A stretch of DNA of 64,000 bases from Bacteriovoracaceae bacterium (GCA_965217035.1 OZ244226.1:2462146-2526145), one strand, 5' to 3'; positions 1 through 10,485 are shown, counted from the stretch's first letter. Translations and numbers: made by a program. Notes: generated by a model from the sequence alone, not told the origin.

Positions 1-2
1 TC

Positions 3-290
3 CAGTATTTAGCAACCTACGGAGAGGTCCCTGAAATTAAGTGGGGAAATCTCGCAAAAGGTATCAAAATATGGTTTAAAGGTTATCCCACAGTCGGACG
101 TGCTGGGATTGCAAGTATTCTTGTTGCCCTTCAAGACCTGACTGAGTCTGCTCGAATAGAGCGCTATAGACGAGCAGGGAAAAAATATGTCTCGCCTGAG
201 AAGAAGTGTATAGATGAAGAGCTTCCTGCTGGTGAAAAAAGGCTTATTAGAACTCAATGGGCCTGTTATATTGAAGGAAACTGTCCTTAG
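3..290 (+). CDS. 3' part of a hypothetical protein (truncated by window edge)
   Basis: Frame open from 3 to TAG at 288-290 (QYLATYGEVPEIKWG...WACYIEGNCP*); not in ORF track because it has no start codon in the window. Confidence 0.6.
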   Translation, partial: QYLATYGEVPEIKWGNLAKGIKIWFKGYPTVGRAGIASILVALQDLTESARIERYRRAGKKYVSPEKKCIDEELPAGEKRLIRTQWACYIEGNCP

Positions 291-329
291 TCACTTTTCG
301 ATATCTCCAAATCCTGATATTTTATTTCC

Positions 330-1455
330 ATGAGTGAATCTATTGAACGCTTGAAAGAGCAAACTAACTTATTAACTGAGTATCGAGAAACATTAAGTAA
401 AATTCGGAGGTCACTTTGACGTAGAGTCAAAGTCTAAACGTCTTGAAGAAATAGAGAAACTCGAATCAGATCCTTCTTTTTGGGACGATAATAATGCTGC
501 TTCTAAGATTCAAAAAGAAAAGTCATTACTCCTTAATGTCATTAACTCCTTTGGAGTTCTCAATGATATGTTTGATGAATTTGATATTCTAAATGAGTAT
601 GCAAAAGAAGGAGATGAATCTTCCGCAGAAGAGGCGCTAGCTCTTTTGGAGAAACTAAGTCCAGAGCTCGAGGTACAAGAGCAAAAAGCGTTTCTTTCTG
701 AAGAGACGGATGGCAATAATGCTATTGTCTCAATTAATGCTGGAGCAGGAGGGACTGAATCTTGCGATTGGGCATCAATGCTTCAGCGTATGCTCTTTCG
801 GTGGGCCGAAAAAAATAAATTTAAAACGAAACTTTATGATTTCCAAGATGGTGACTCAGCAGGAATCAAGTCTTGTACTTTTTCGGTAGAGGGTGATTTT
901 GCTTATGGTCTTTTGAAGTCAGAGACGGGAATTCATAGGCTTGTTAGAATTTCTCCATTTGACTCCAATGCAAGAAGGCATACATCATTTGCTTCGGTAT
1001 TTGTTTCTCCTGAAATAGACGATGATATTGAAATTGATATTCCTGATAGTGATATCAGAATTGATGTTTATCGTTCTGGAGGAGCGGGAGGACAGTCCGT
1101 TAATACAACTGATTCTGCGGTAAGAATCACTCACAACCCAACGGGGATTGTTGTTACCTGTCAGAACGAACGCTCGCAACACCAGAATAAAGCTACAGCA
1201 TTAAAGATTCTTCGATCTAGACTCTATGAGAAAGCGATGGAAGAAAAAAAAGCAGAACAACAAAAAGTTGAAGATAGTAAGAAAGAAATTGGTTGGGGAT
1301 CTCAGATTCGGTCCTATGTTCTTCATCCTTACAAGATGGTCAAAGACCATCGTACGAACGAAGAAATGGGTTCAGCCGAAAAAGTCCTCGATGGTGAAAT
1401 AGACTCTTTTATTAGGGCTTTCCTCCAATGGAGAGCAACAGGAGAGGCTGAATGA
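330..1455 (+). CDS. prfB: Peptide chain release factor 2, translated via programmed +1 frameshift
   Basis: ATG 330 reads 29 codons to CTT TGA C (414-420); +1 frame continues into the 568..1455 ORF, which has the SPF recognition motif (RISPFDS) and GGQ motif. Confidence 0.97.
406..420 (+). promoter_or_regulatory. prfB +1 frameshift cassette (internal SD GGAGG + CTT TGA C)
   Basis: ggagg-tca-ctt-tga-c, the canonical RF2 autoregulatory site. Confidence 0.95.
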
Positions 1456-2639
1456 ATCTCTCATTTTGGCAACTCTTAAAAATTCTTTTGGAAGGAAAAA
1501 ATACTCTCATATTCCTCTTTTTTACCATTCTAGGATTGTCGTTCTCGATGGGAGTCATCCTTTGCAATTTTGGTTTAATGGATGGTTATGAGATTATTTT
1601 AAAAGAAGGGTTGAGAAAAAATTCGTCTGACCTTGAAATTACATCGCGATATGGATTTTTCTCAATAGATAAAACTTTCAGAGAAGCCATTGATCAAGAA
1701 CGAATAGAAAGGTTTGCTGGCGTCATAAGAACGGAAGGCTTTTTAATTGCAAATCAAAAAAGTAAAGGAGTTCTTGTTAATGGAGTTGTTGCTGAAGACT
1801 TCAAAAATGTTTCTGCGCTTGAAATCGAATTCAAAACAACTGATGGAATTATTATTGGATCAGCATTAGCGAAAGAGCTGAATGTCAAAGCGGGAGATTG
1901 GGTTGTTTTGGCATTTACCAGGGGAAATCAAAATATTGATGACCTGCCTTATTTAAATAGGGTTCAAATAGAAAAAGTCGTTACTCATGGTATTTATAAG
2001 AAGGACCTTAGAATTCTTTATATGCCGCTTAGTGCATTAGAGAAGTTTGCTAATACAGAAGATAGGGTTAATACAGTTCTTATAAAACTCGAAGGGGTCA
2101 CGGAATCAGAGCTTATTAATGTAGAAAATCGTCTTGAAGCGAGCCTTGGATTCGGTTATCAAGTCAAGCCCTATTGGAGTGGTTTTAAAACTCTTATAGA
2201 TGCTGTGAAAGTTGAAAAGTTTTCTATTACAATCATTCTTCAATTGATCATTGTTATTGGTCTTTTTAATATTGTTGCTTTCATTAATTTTAATACGATT
2301 AAAAAGTCTCAAGAGTTTTTTATGTTAAGGGCTTTAGGTGTTAGCTCTAAGGCTATTCAGCGTTTTTGGGTAGGATTAATTATTTTAATTTGGTTCTTAT
2401 CTTGCCTACTGTCTCTTGTGATGACTATGTTTATTGATCAAGTTGTTTTAAAGCTTCCTATTTTAAAGCTTCCAGGAAGTATTTATGAACTTGATCATTT
2501 ATCTTTACATTTAAATCCTTCAGGGGTCCTGATTGTTTTTGCGCTGACTTTTATTTGGTCTGTTGGTGTGATTCTCTTTATACTATGGCGTGAGCGAAGA
2601 AAAAGTATTCTTGCTGGATTGAGACAAAGGTTCGCATGA
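1452..2639 (+). CDS. LolC/LolE family lipoprotein-releasing ABC transporter permease
   Basis: N-terminal TM, periplasmic MacB-like domain, three C-terminal TMs with LRALG motif; directly upstream of lolD. Confidence 0.85.
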   Translation: MNLSFWQLLKILLEGKNTLIFLFFTILGLSFSMGVILCNFGLMDGYEIILKEGLRKNSSDLEITSRYGFFSIDKTFREAIDQERIERFAGVIRTEGFLIANQKSKGVLVNGVVAEDFKNVSALEIEFKTTDGIIIGSALAKELNVKAGDWVVLAFTRGNQNIDDLPYLNRVQIEKVVTHGIYKKDLRILYMPLSALEKFANTEDRVNTVLIKLEGVTESELINVENRLEASLGFGYQVKPYWSGFKTLIDAVKVEKFSITIILQLIIVIGLFNIVAFINFNTIKKSQEFFMLRALGVSSKAIQRFWVGLIILIWFLSCLLSLVMTMFIDQVVLKLPILKLPGSIYELDHLSLHLNPSGVLIVFALTFIWSVGVILFILWRERRKSILAGLRQRFA

Positions 2640-3289
2640 TTAAAGTTAATGATCTTAAAAAATCATATTCTGGAGTAGAAGTCCTCAAAGGGATCAACCT
2701 TGAGCTTGAAGATAAAAGCCAATCAGTGATTCTTGGAAGCTCTGGCTCTGGCAAATCGACTTTGCTTTACATGATAGGAGGTCTCGAAACTCCAAGTTCT
2801 GGTACGATTTCGGTGAATGGTAGGAACTATTCAGAACTGTCTGATTCTGAACTTTCTGAATTTCGCAATGAGCAAATCGGCTTTGTTTTCCAATTTCATT
2901 TTTTGTTATCTAGTTTGACCTGCGAACAAAATATTTTGCTCCCCGTTAAAATAGCAGGAAGAAAAAAAAGGAAATTTGTTGAGCTTACTGAGATGCTTGC
3001 TAAATACCTTGGAGTTTCTCATTGCTTGAAAAAATACCCTTATCAGATCTCAGGAGGAGAGCAGCAAAGGGTTAATATCATTAGGGCCTTGATCTTAAAG
3101 CCTAAATTGCTCTTATGCGATGAACCTACTGGTAATCTTGACTCCAAAAACTCAGAAAAGGTAATTGGTCTTTTGAAGGAATTGGCCAACGAACTGGGTT
3201 CAACCTTAGTTGTGGTTACACATGACCTGAGAATCGCTTCACAATTTCCTTACAAAATAACCATTGAAGATGGTCAACTAATTAGCTAA
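2636..3289 (+). CDS. lolD: Lipoprotein-releasing ABC transporter ATP-binding protein
   Basis: GSSGSGKST, GFVFQFHFLL, ISGGEQQR, DEPTGNLD, VTHD; context lolC-bamA. Confidence 0.88.
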   Translation: MIKVNDLKKSYSGVEVLKGINLELEDKSQSVILGSSGSGKSTLLYMIGGLETPSSGTISVNGRNYSELSDSELSEFRNEQIGFVFQFHFLLSSLTCEQNILLPVKIAGRKKRKFVELTEMLAKYLGVSHCLKKYPYQISGGEQQRVNIIRALILKPKLLLCDEPTGNLDSKNSEKVIGLLKELANELGSTLVVVTHDLRIASQFPYKITIEDGQLIS

Positions 3290-3331
3290 AATTTTTTGAT
3301 ATCGACGTCTCTTGCACAAAGCAGTATCTAC

Positions 3332-5656
3332 ATGAAGTTATTGATGTTTGTTGTTTTGTTCGGCGCCTCTTCCCTGCCAATCTGGGCGCAAGGAAAATAT
3401 GGAATTGGCCCGGAGAAAACGCTTTTTAAAATTAAGAAAATAAAGATCGAAGGATTGAGGAAGATTGAGCCCGAGGCCATTCTTGATAAAATCAAAAGTT
3501 CGCCTGGTAAAAGAGTTACGAATTACCAACTTCGCTCTGATATAAAGAAGATCTATCAAATGCAATTTTTTGATAGTGTAGAGGCTCATCAAGAAGGCGG
3601 AACTCTCGTTTTTAAAATCAAAGAAAAACCGATTGTTAAGAAGGTTTTCATCGAGGGGAATGATGAAATTGATGATGAAGAGCTGAAGGAACAGATTTCT
3701 CTTAAAGAATTTAATATTATCAATATCAGTAACCTCAAAAACGATGTTGTTACGATTCAGAAAATGTATGAAGAGAAAGGCTTTTATCTTTCTCAAGTTG
3801 ATTACGAGATTAAGAAACAAAGTAAAGAAACAGTCTCTGTTATATTTAGAGTTAAAGAATTTGATAAAGTTAAAGTCAAGAAGGTCACTTTCCTTGGAAA
3901 CAAGGATATATCAGATGACGAGCTTAAAAACTTCATGATGACTCAAGAAGATTCTACTTTTTCTGGGCTTTCTGACTCTGGAAGTTTTAAAGAATTTAAT
4001 TTTCAGGCTGATATTGAACGGCTTTCTTATTATTATCGTACGAAAGGTTATCTCCAGGTTAATGTCGGAAATCCAGTTATTACTGTTTCAGAGGATAGAA
4101 AGTGGATCTTTATCACGCTTAATATTACTGAGGGCCCTCAGTATGAAGTAAGAGAAATCAATTACAGAGGAGATCTTCTTTTCACAGATTCTGAGCTTTC
4201 CAAGAAAACAAGTCTTAAGCCGGGTGAAACATATTCTGAAGAGCTCTTACGAAAAGATATTCAAAACCTTACTGAGATGTATCAGGATCTCGGTTATGCT
4301 TTTGTTAACGTTTTAAGAACGCTTACCCCGGTTAAAGAAGACGGAAAAAACAAAGTCGATATCAACTTTTCTTTTGAGAAAGGTAAAATTGCTTATTTTG
4401 GAAATATCAATGTTCGAGGTAATACAAAAACGAGAGATAAGGTTGTTCGAAGAGAGCTAAGAATTGAAGAAGGAATGAAGTTTTCTGGATCGAAACTGAG
4501 AATTTCAAAAGAGAATGTTAATCGTCTTGGATTCTTTGAGCCTGGTAGCGTTGTCTTTAATACGGTTTCTCGAAAGAATCGAGATAATATCCTCGACGTC
4601 AATATCTCAGTCAAAGAGCGTCAAACAGGACAGATTTCGATCGGAGCAGGTTACTCAACAGGGACAAGAGGATTCCTTCAAGCATCTGTTCGTCAAAATA
4701 ACTTCCGTGGTCTTGGGCAGAATTTAAATTTCAATTTAAGTTTTTCTGATGTTGAACAAAATTATAGTCTGGGTCTCACAGAACCTTATTTTAACGATAC
4801 TCTCTTTACTGTAGGTGGTTTGGTCTATAGAAATCGATCAACGCTTATTCAAGATTATACTTTTGTAAAAGAAGGGGGAGAGTTAAGAGTTGGTTATCCT
4901 ATTTTTGAGTATACTCGGCTTTTTGTCACTTATGGTCTTGAGGAAACTGATGTTAAGAATGCACCAAATCCCTCAATTGTAGAAGAAGATGAAAATGGAA
5001 TTGCTTCGGGGATAGAAGTTTCTCTTGTAACGGATAAGAGGAATAATGCATTTGAACCAACGAATGGTTATTTTACTCGAGCATCTATTGAATATGTTGG
5101 TTTAGGATTTGATCAAAGATGGATTAGAACTCAACTGGAAGGAAGAATTTATAAACCGGTTTATAAAGATCTTATTTTTAGATCTCGTTTAAGAGTTTCA
5201 CAGCTTTTTGAAACTTCAGACAGTCGGAATGTTCCACGAACAGAAAAATTCCAAATGGGTGGAGCAAGAAATCTCAGAGGTTTTGTCATTGGTGATATTG
5301 GTCCTAAACAGATTTTTGATAATGCCGCAGATCCTTCTAATCCGACTCCGGGTGATACAAGTGATGATGTTGAATACAATGTCGGAGGACTTTATTCGTT
5401 ACTTGGAACAATCGAGTTAGAACATCCGCTTGTAAGAGAAGCTGGATTAAAGTGGGCCGTTTTTTACGATTTTGGTAATGTGTATGAAAGATATTTAGGA
5501 AAAGATGGGGATTATGATTTGAGACAAAACTGGGGATTTGGTTTCCGTTGGTTTTCTCCAATTGGAGTTCTTAGGTTTGAGTTCGGATATCCTCTCAATA
5601 GAGACGGAGACATTGCGGCCAACCAATTCTTCTTTGATATTGGACAAATTTTTTAG
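3332..5656 (+). CDS. bamA: Outer membrane protein assembly factor BamA
   Basis: POTRA repeats (GNTKTRDKVVRRE), barrel with LRGF loop motif, C-terminal WFSPIGVLRFEFGYP...IGQIF; ATG 3332 gives a signal peptide. Confidence 0.96.
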   Translation: MKLLMFVVLFGASSLPIWAQGKYGIGPEKTLFKIKKIKIEGLRKIEPEAILDKIKSSPGKRVTNYQLRSDIKKIYQMQFFDSVEAHQEGGTLVFKIKEKPIVKKVFIEGNDEIDDEELKEQISLKEFNIINISNLKNDVVTIQKMYEEKGFYLSQVDYEIKKQSKETVSVIFRVKEFDKVKVKKVTFLGNKDISDDELKNFMMTQEDSTFSGLSDSGSFKEFNFQADIERLSYYYRTKGYLQVNVGNPVITVSEDRKWIFITLNITEGPQYEVREINYRGDLLFTDSELSKKTSLKPGETYSEELLRKDIQNLTEMYQDLGYAFVNVLRTLTPVKEDGKNKVDINFSFEKGKIAYFGNINVRGNTKTRDKVVRRELRIEEGMKFSGSKLRISKENVNRLGFFEPGSVVFNTVSRKNRDNILDVNISVKERQTGQISIGAGYSTGTRGFLQASVRQNNFRGLGQNLNFNLSFSDVEQNYSLGLTEPYFNDTLFTVGGLVYRNRSTLIQDYTFVKEGGELRVGYPIFEYTRLFVTYGLEETDVKNAPNPSIVEEDENGIASGIEVSLVTDKRNNAFEPTNGYFTRASIEYVGLGFDQRWIRTQLEGRIYKPVYKDLIFRSRLRVSQLFETSDSRNVPRTEKFQMGGARNLRGFVIGDIGPKQIFDNAADPSNPTPGDTSDDVEYNVGGLYSLLGTIELEHPLVREAGLKWAVFYDFGNVYERYLGKDGDYDLRQNWGFGFRWFSPIGVLRFEFGYPLNRDGDIAANQFFFDIGQIF

Positions 5657-5670
5657 ATTCGGAGGATATA

Positions 5671-6180
5671 ATGAAAAAACTTTTGATCGCTATTTTTCTA
5701 TCAACTAGCGCAAGTGCATTTTCTGCAAATAATGTCACGATTGGTGTTATTAATATTCAGAAGGTTTTAGATTCGATTAAAGAAGGAAAAAGAGTTACTT
5801 CAAAATTAAAAAAATCTTTTGATAAAAAGAAAAAAGTTATTAAAAAAGAAGAACAGAAGCTTAAAAAGAAACGTGATGATTTAATGAAGCAAGCCTCTTT
5901 ATTAAGTGCTGAGGCTCGTGGAAAAAAAGAAAGAGAACTTCAAACTGCTTTTATGAAACTTCAACAACAAACGATGGGTTACCAGAAAGAAATTCAGAAG
6001 CAAGAAGCAGAGCTGAAAAAGCCTATTTTAGAGAAAATCAAAAAAATAGTTGATCAAGTTTCAGTAAAATCAGGAGTCGACTTCACTGTCGAAGTGAGTG
6101 CTTCTCCAGTTGTTTTCGCGAAGTCGAAAAAAGATTTAACCTCTGAAGTTATTAAAGTTTACGATTCAAAACATAAATAG
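5671..6180 (+). CDS. skp: OmpH/Skp periplasmic chaperone
   Basis: Signal peptide, IGVINIQKVL, coiled coil, DLTSEVIK; between bamA and lpxD. Confidence 0.9.
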   Translation: MKKLLIAIFLSTSASAFSANNVTIGVINIQKVLDSIKEGKRVTSKLKKSFDKKKKVIKKEEQKLKKKRDDLMKQASLLSAEARGKKERELQTAFMKLQQQTMGYQKEIQKQEAELKKPILEKIKKIVDQVSVKSGVDFTVEVSASPVVFAKSKKDLTSEVIKVYDSKHK

Positions 6181-7185
6181 ATGAAACTTAACTCAATTCC
6201 GAACCTTTCACTTAAACATGGTTCTGACATGGAGTCTAAAGGAGTTTCTCTTCCTGATGATCCCAGAGAAGGGACGCTTTGTTTTGCGAAGTCGAAGAGA
6301 TTTTTAAAAGAACTTAGCCGTTCTCTTGCAAAGAACTCGATCTCTAATTTAGGACTCATTATTACTACCGATATGTGGAGCAGTGAGGGGGAAACCCTTG
6401 TAAAAAGTAATCAATTCTCTTGGATTGCTGAAACTTCAGAATTCGATCAAGTCATCATTGATGTTTCTAAAGTTTTTTATGATGAAAAATATTCAAAAGT
6501 TCAAAACTTAGTTGATGGAAGACAATTAGGTACTTGTGAAATTGATCCGAGCGCTGAAATTTCTCAAAACGTTTTTATTGGTGATCGTGTGAAGATTGGA
6601 GCGGGGGTCAAAATCTACCCAGGCTGTGTTGTTCAATCTGAAGTTGAAATTGAAGATGGCACGATTCTTTTTAGTAATGTTTCGATTTATTCTTTTACAA
6701 AAATTGGAAGAAATAATCGAATCCATTCTGGAACAGTCATCGGAGCTGACGGATTTGGTTATAATTTTATCTCTGGAGAACATAAAAAAGTTTGGCACTT
6801 CGGAGGAGTGGAAATAGGAGATAACGTTGAGATTGGCGCAAACAGCACTGTCAATTGCGGAACGTTTATTCCTACAAAAGTTGGAGATGGCTGTAAGTTT
6901 GATGATCTTTGCATGGTCGCTCATAATGTTCAAGTTGGTAAAGGTGTTGTGATGTGTGGGCAGAGTGGAATTGCGGGAAGTTCACGAGTGGGAGATTTTA
7001 CATTTATCAGTGGACATGTAGCAATAAAAAATGATGTTCGTGTTGGAAGCGGGTGTCAGATTGCGGGAGCTTCAGCAGTGACAAAAGATATTCCCGATGG
7101 GCAAACCGTTGCAGGGTATCCTGCTATTGATATAAAAGAGTGGCGAAGAGGAGTGATAAACTTCCGACGCTCGGGGCAGTCTTAA
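6181..7185 (+). CDS. lpxD: UDP-3-O-acyl-glucosamine N-acyltransferase
   Basis: Hexapeptide repeats, IGADGFGY, VEIGANST, VAHNV; operon position. Confidence 0.93.
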   Translation: MKLNSIPNLSLKHGSDMESKGVSLPDDPREGTLCFAKSKRFLKELSRSLAKNSISNLGLIITTDMWSSEGETLVKSNQFSWIAETSEFDQVIIDVSKVFYDEKYSKVQNLVDGRQLGTCEIDPSAEISQNVFIGDRVKIGAGVKIYPGCVVQSEVEIEDGTILFSNVSIYSFTKIGRNNRIHSGTVIGADGFGYNFISGEHKKVWHFGGVEIGDNVEIGANSTVNCGTFIPTKVGDGCKFDDLCMVAHNVQVGKGVVMCGQSGIAGSSRVGDFTFISGHVAIKNDVRVGSGCQIAGASAVTKDIPDGQTVAGYPAIDIKEWRRGVINFRRSGQS

Positions 7186-7692
7186 ATGCTTTATGATAAG
7201 GAAAAGGTTTTAGAATTCCTGCCTCACCGACCTCCTTTTTTATTTGTTGATTCAATAAAAGAAATAAAAATACCAGAAGGGGCAAAAGGTTTTATCGACA
7301 AAATCAACTCTAAAAACTTTGTTGGCTCCTATGCCATTGGAGACTTTAGAGTCAGAGAAGACCTCGAAATATTAAAAGGTCATTTTCCTGGGAACCCTAT
7401 TTTACCTGGAGTTATTCAAGTTGAAATGGGCGGACAGGTTTGTCCTTTTATTTTTAGAAAAGCATTTGAGGATACGATCCATCTCTATGACCTAGATGTT
7501 GCCTTACTTGGGGTTGATAAAACTCGTTTTAGAAAACCTATTATCCCAGGTATGAACTTGCGTTTTAGGGGAGAGCTCGTAAAGGCAAGGGGAGCTTATA
7601 TGAACTTTAAATGTGAGATTGAAAGTGAAGGAGAAAATGTTTCTTCTTCTGAGTTGTTTGCATTGTTACAATTTAAGAAAAAAGAGGAATAG
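7186..7692 (+). CDS. fabZ: 3-hydroxyacyl-ACP dehydratase
   Basis: LPHRPPFLFVD and GHFPGNPILPGV motifs. Confidence 0.93.
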   Translation: MLYDKEKVLEFLPHRPPFLFVDSIKEIKIPEGAKGFIDKINSKNFVGSYAIGDFRVREDLEILKGHFPGNPILPGVIQVEMGGQVCPFIFRKAFEDTIHLYDLDVALLGVDKTRFRKPIIPGMNLRFRGELVKARGAYMNFKCEIESEGENVSSSELFALLQFKKKEE

Positions 7693-7694
7693 GA

Positions 7695-8486
7695 ATGTCT
7701 AATAAAATTCATACCAGTGCAGTTGTTGAATCTGGAGCTGAAATCGCAGATGATGTTCAAATCGGAGCTTTTTGTTATGTTGGTCCAAAAGTAAAAATTG
7801 ACTCTGGAACGATTCTCCTTCCTCATTCTGTTGTTGATGGGAATACGACGATTGGAAAAAATAATCATTTTTCTCCTCACTGCAGTATTGGTTCTTATCC
7901 TCAGGATATTTCCTATAAAGGTGAAGATACGAAAGTCACAATTGGAGACAATAATATTTTTCGTGAATTTGTCTCAGTAAACCGAGGAACGCTAAAGCAA
8001 GATCAAGAGACGATTATTGGGAATGATAATATGTTTATGGCCTACTCTCATATTGGGCATGATGTTGTCATTGAAAACAAAGTAAGACTAGTTAATGCAA
8101 GTAACCTTGGTGGGCATGTAAGAATTGGTGAAGGGTCTATTTTAAGTGGTGCTACCAATGTTTCTCAATTTGTTACAGTCGGTAAGGGAGCTTTCATCGG
8201 TGGAGAAACCGCGATTGATAGGGATATCCCTTGTTACTGTACTGCGCTCGGAAATCGAGCCCGTTTAAAAGGTGTCAATATTATTGGGCTGAAACGACAA
8301 GGTTATGACAAGACAATCGTATCAGAGGTTGTTGATTTTTATAGAAGTATGGAGGCTTCCGCTCTATCTCCAAGGTCATTCGTTGATTCGCAAGAGACAA
8401 TTGAAGAATATAGTGGGAATCCAATCATTGAAGAAATGATGCAGTTTATTCGAGAAAGTAAAATTGGTATTCCTTCGTTTATGTAG
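7695..8486 (+). CDS. lpxA: Acyl-ACP--UDP-GlcNAc(3N) acyltransferase
   Basis: Hexapeptide repeats, PQDISYKGE, REFVSVNRGT, SHIGHD, GVNIIGLKR. Confidence 0.95.
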   Translation: MSNKIHTSAVVESGAEIADDVQIGAFCYVGPKVKIDSGTILLPHSVVDGNTTIGKNNHFSPHCSIGSYPQDISYKGEDTKVTIGDNNIFREFVSVNRGTLKQDQETIIGNDNMFMAYSHIGHDVVIENKVRLVNASNLGGHVRIGEGSILSGATNVSQFVTVGKGAFIGGETAIDRDIPCYCTALGNRARLKGVNIIGLKRQGYDKTIVSEVVDFYRSMEASALSPRSFVDSQETIEEYSGNPIIEEMMQFIRESKIGIPSFM

Positions 8487-8491
8487 GTTCT

Positions 8492-9379
8492 ATGGAAAAA
8501 ATACGCGTATCACTTATTGGCTATGGGCATTTAGGAAAATGGCATGCTCAAAAGGTTGAAGCTCTCGCTCATTCAGAGTTAATCGGTATTGCTGACTTAA
8601 GTGATGATCAGCTCAAGATGGCAAAGAAAAATCATCCTAATGTTATAACAACTCATGATTTTAAAGAGTTTTACGATAAAACTGACGCTTTCATTATAGT
8701 GACAACAACGTCTTCACATTTTCCTATCTTGAAAGAAGTTGTTTCTTCAGGAAAGCATGTTTTTTGTGAGAAACCTCTTTGTCAAACTTATCAACAAGCT
8801 CAGGAAATTATTGAATTAAAATCTGGTAATGTTTATATGACTGGCCATAGTGAAAGATGCCATGAAATTTGGAATCATGAGTCTTTTAACCTTGATGGGG
8901 CCCTCGAAATTCACTTCAAAAGAGTCACTCCTTTCAAAGGGCGAGCAGCGGATGTTGATGTTCTTCAGGATCTCACGATTCACGATATTGATCTTGCGAC
9001 CTATCTCTTTCAAGAAGACATAGAAAGTTTTGAAGTTGAGAGAATGGAAAAAAGTGTGACAGAGTATATTGATACTTTAGAAGCAGTTGCCACTTTTCAG
9101 TCAGGAAGAAAGGCTCGATTTACGACTGATCGAAATCATGATCACGAAGAAAGATCTGTTTTTATTCGAGGAACTCATAATATATCGATTGATTTAATGA
9201 ACTCTAAGATGTTGATTGATGGAGAAGAAATCCCTTATCAGAAAAGAGATCATCTTTTGATTGAACATGAATCTTTTTATAAAGCAATTCTTACTGGAAG
9301 TAACCCTCTTACAAGCTTTGAAGAAGGTGCCCAAGCCTTAAAAAATCTTGAAATGATTTATGAGGCTTTTAAAAGATGA
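8492..9379 (+). CDS. Gfo/Idh/MocA oxidoreductase, GnnA-like (putative UDP-GlcNAc 3-dehydrogenase)
   Basis: IGYGHLGKWH Rossmann motif, CEKP, GHSER, DVLQDLTIHDID; lies between lpxA and lpxB. Confidence 0.8.
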   Translation: MEKIRVSLIGYGHLGKWHAQKVEALAHSELIGIADLSDDQLKMAKKNHPNVITTHDFKEFYDKTDAFIIVTTTSSHFPILKEVVSSGKHVFCEKPLCQTYQQAQEIIELKSGNVYMTGHSERCHEIWNHESFNLDGALEIHFKRVTPFKGRAADVDVLQDLTIHDIDLATYLFQEDIESFEVERMEKSVTEYIDTLEAVATFQSGRKARFTTDRNHDHEERSVFIRGTHNISIDLMNSKMLIDGEEIPYQKRDHLLIEHESFYKAILTGSNPLTSFEEGAQALKNLEMIYEAFKR

Positions 9380-10485
9380 AAGAATCTTGCCTGATTATTG
9401 CTGGGGAAAAGTCAGGAGAGGAGCATGCTGAAACCTTTTTACCTCAGGTTATTCGAGCTTTTCCTAATATGGATTTTTATGGGGTCGGAGGAAACTATTT
9501 TAGAGAGTTAGGAATTGAAGTTCTTTACGATTTAAAAGACTTTTCAACTTTTGGTTATTCGGAAGCTCTAATAAAGATTAAATTCTATTTGGATGCAAGA
9601 AAAAAACTTATTCGCGAAGTAAAAAAACGAAAAACGAAATTTGCAATTCTTATCGACTTTCAAAGTTTCAATTTGAGTTTAGCAAAGAAACTCAAAAAAC
9701 AGGGCGTTGAAATCCTTTATTATGTTGCTCCTCAAGCTTGGGCGTGGAAAGAATATCGAGCGAAGTCTCTGGCAAGGGCCACATCGAGTTTATATTGTAT
9801 TCTTCCTTTCGAAAAAAAATGGTTTGGAGAACGTGGAGTTCACAATATTGTCACTGTTAAGCATCCAGTCTATAGACAGTTTCGAAATCAACTAACTAAG
9901 GCTTCAAAAGGCTCTAAGAATATTCTTTTTTTACCAGGTTCTAGAGATAGTGAGGTTAAGTTTCATCTCCCTGTCTTTGCCGAAGTCATAGAGCTCTTAA
10001 AAAAGACTGGTTATAAATTTCATATAGTGAAAACCCAAACAGTAAAGCCTCAGTTTTATGAACCTTATGAAAATTTATTTGACAAGATCTATACATCAAC
10101 AGAGTTAGAGCCAGCTTTAAAAAATTCTTTACTTGCAGTCGCTTCAAGTGGAACTGTGACACTTACATGTGGACTTTTTGGAGTACCAACAATTGTCTGT
10201 TATCAGGTTTCAGAGTTTAATAAGTTTATCAACTACACTTTTATTAATTATGATAAGTTCGTAAGCCTTCCGAATGTCATTCTTAATGAAGAAGTTTTTC
10301 CCGAACTATTGGGAGAAAGGTTTCGAGCTTATTATTTACTCAAAAAACTAAAGCGTTTTTTAGAGACGAATCGATACGATAAGGTTCAAAACAAATTAGA
10401 AGAGCTGAAAGCGATGTTTGAGAGCGCAGAAGATAGTGCTGCTCCACATATGATAGAGCAAATGAAGAAAAGGCTCTCTGAATGA
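9376..10485 (+). CDS. lpxB: Lipid-A-disaccharide synthase
   Basis: IAGEKSGE, YYVAPQAWAW, ILPFE, LPGSR, SGTVTL, SLPN. Confidence 0.95.
   Translation: MKESCLIIAGEKSGEEHAETFLPQVIRAFPNMDFYGVGGNYFRELGIEVLYDLKDFSTFGYSEALIKIKFYLDARKKLIREVKKRKTKFAILIDFQSFNLSLAKKLKKQGVEILYYVAPQAWAWKEYRAKSLARATSSLYCILPFEKKWFGERGVHNIVTVKHPVYRQFRNQLTKASKGSKNILFLPGSRDSEVKFHLPVFAEVIELLKKTGYKFHIVKTQTVKPQFYEPYENLFDKIYTSTELEPALKNSLLAVASSGTVTLTCGLFGVPTIVCYQVSEFNKFINYTFINYDKFVSLPNVILNEEVFPELLGERFRAYYLLKKLKRFLETNRYDKVQNKLEELKAMFESAEDSAAPHMIEQMKKRLSE

Noticed and set aside
330..419. In-frame stop in prfB read as a pseudogene or sequencing error
   Set aside because: Matches the canonical SD + CTT TGA C programmed frameshift
3338..3820. 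Long antisense ORFs (e.g. 3338-3820, 6526-6933, 11437-11844, 56632-57027) and other short nested ORFs
   Set aside because: Lie wholly within well-supported genes, lack motifs and look like codon-bias shadows
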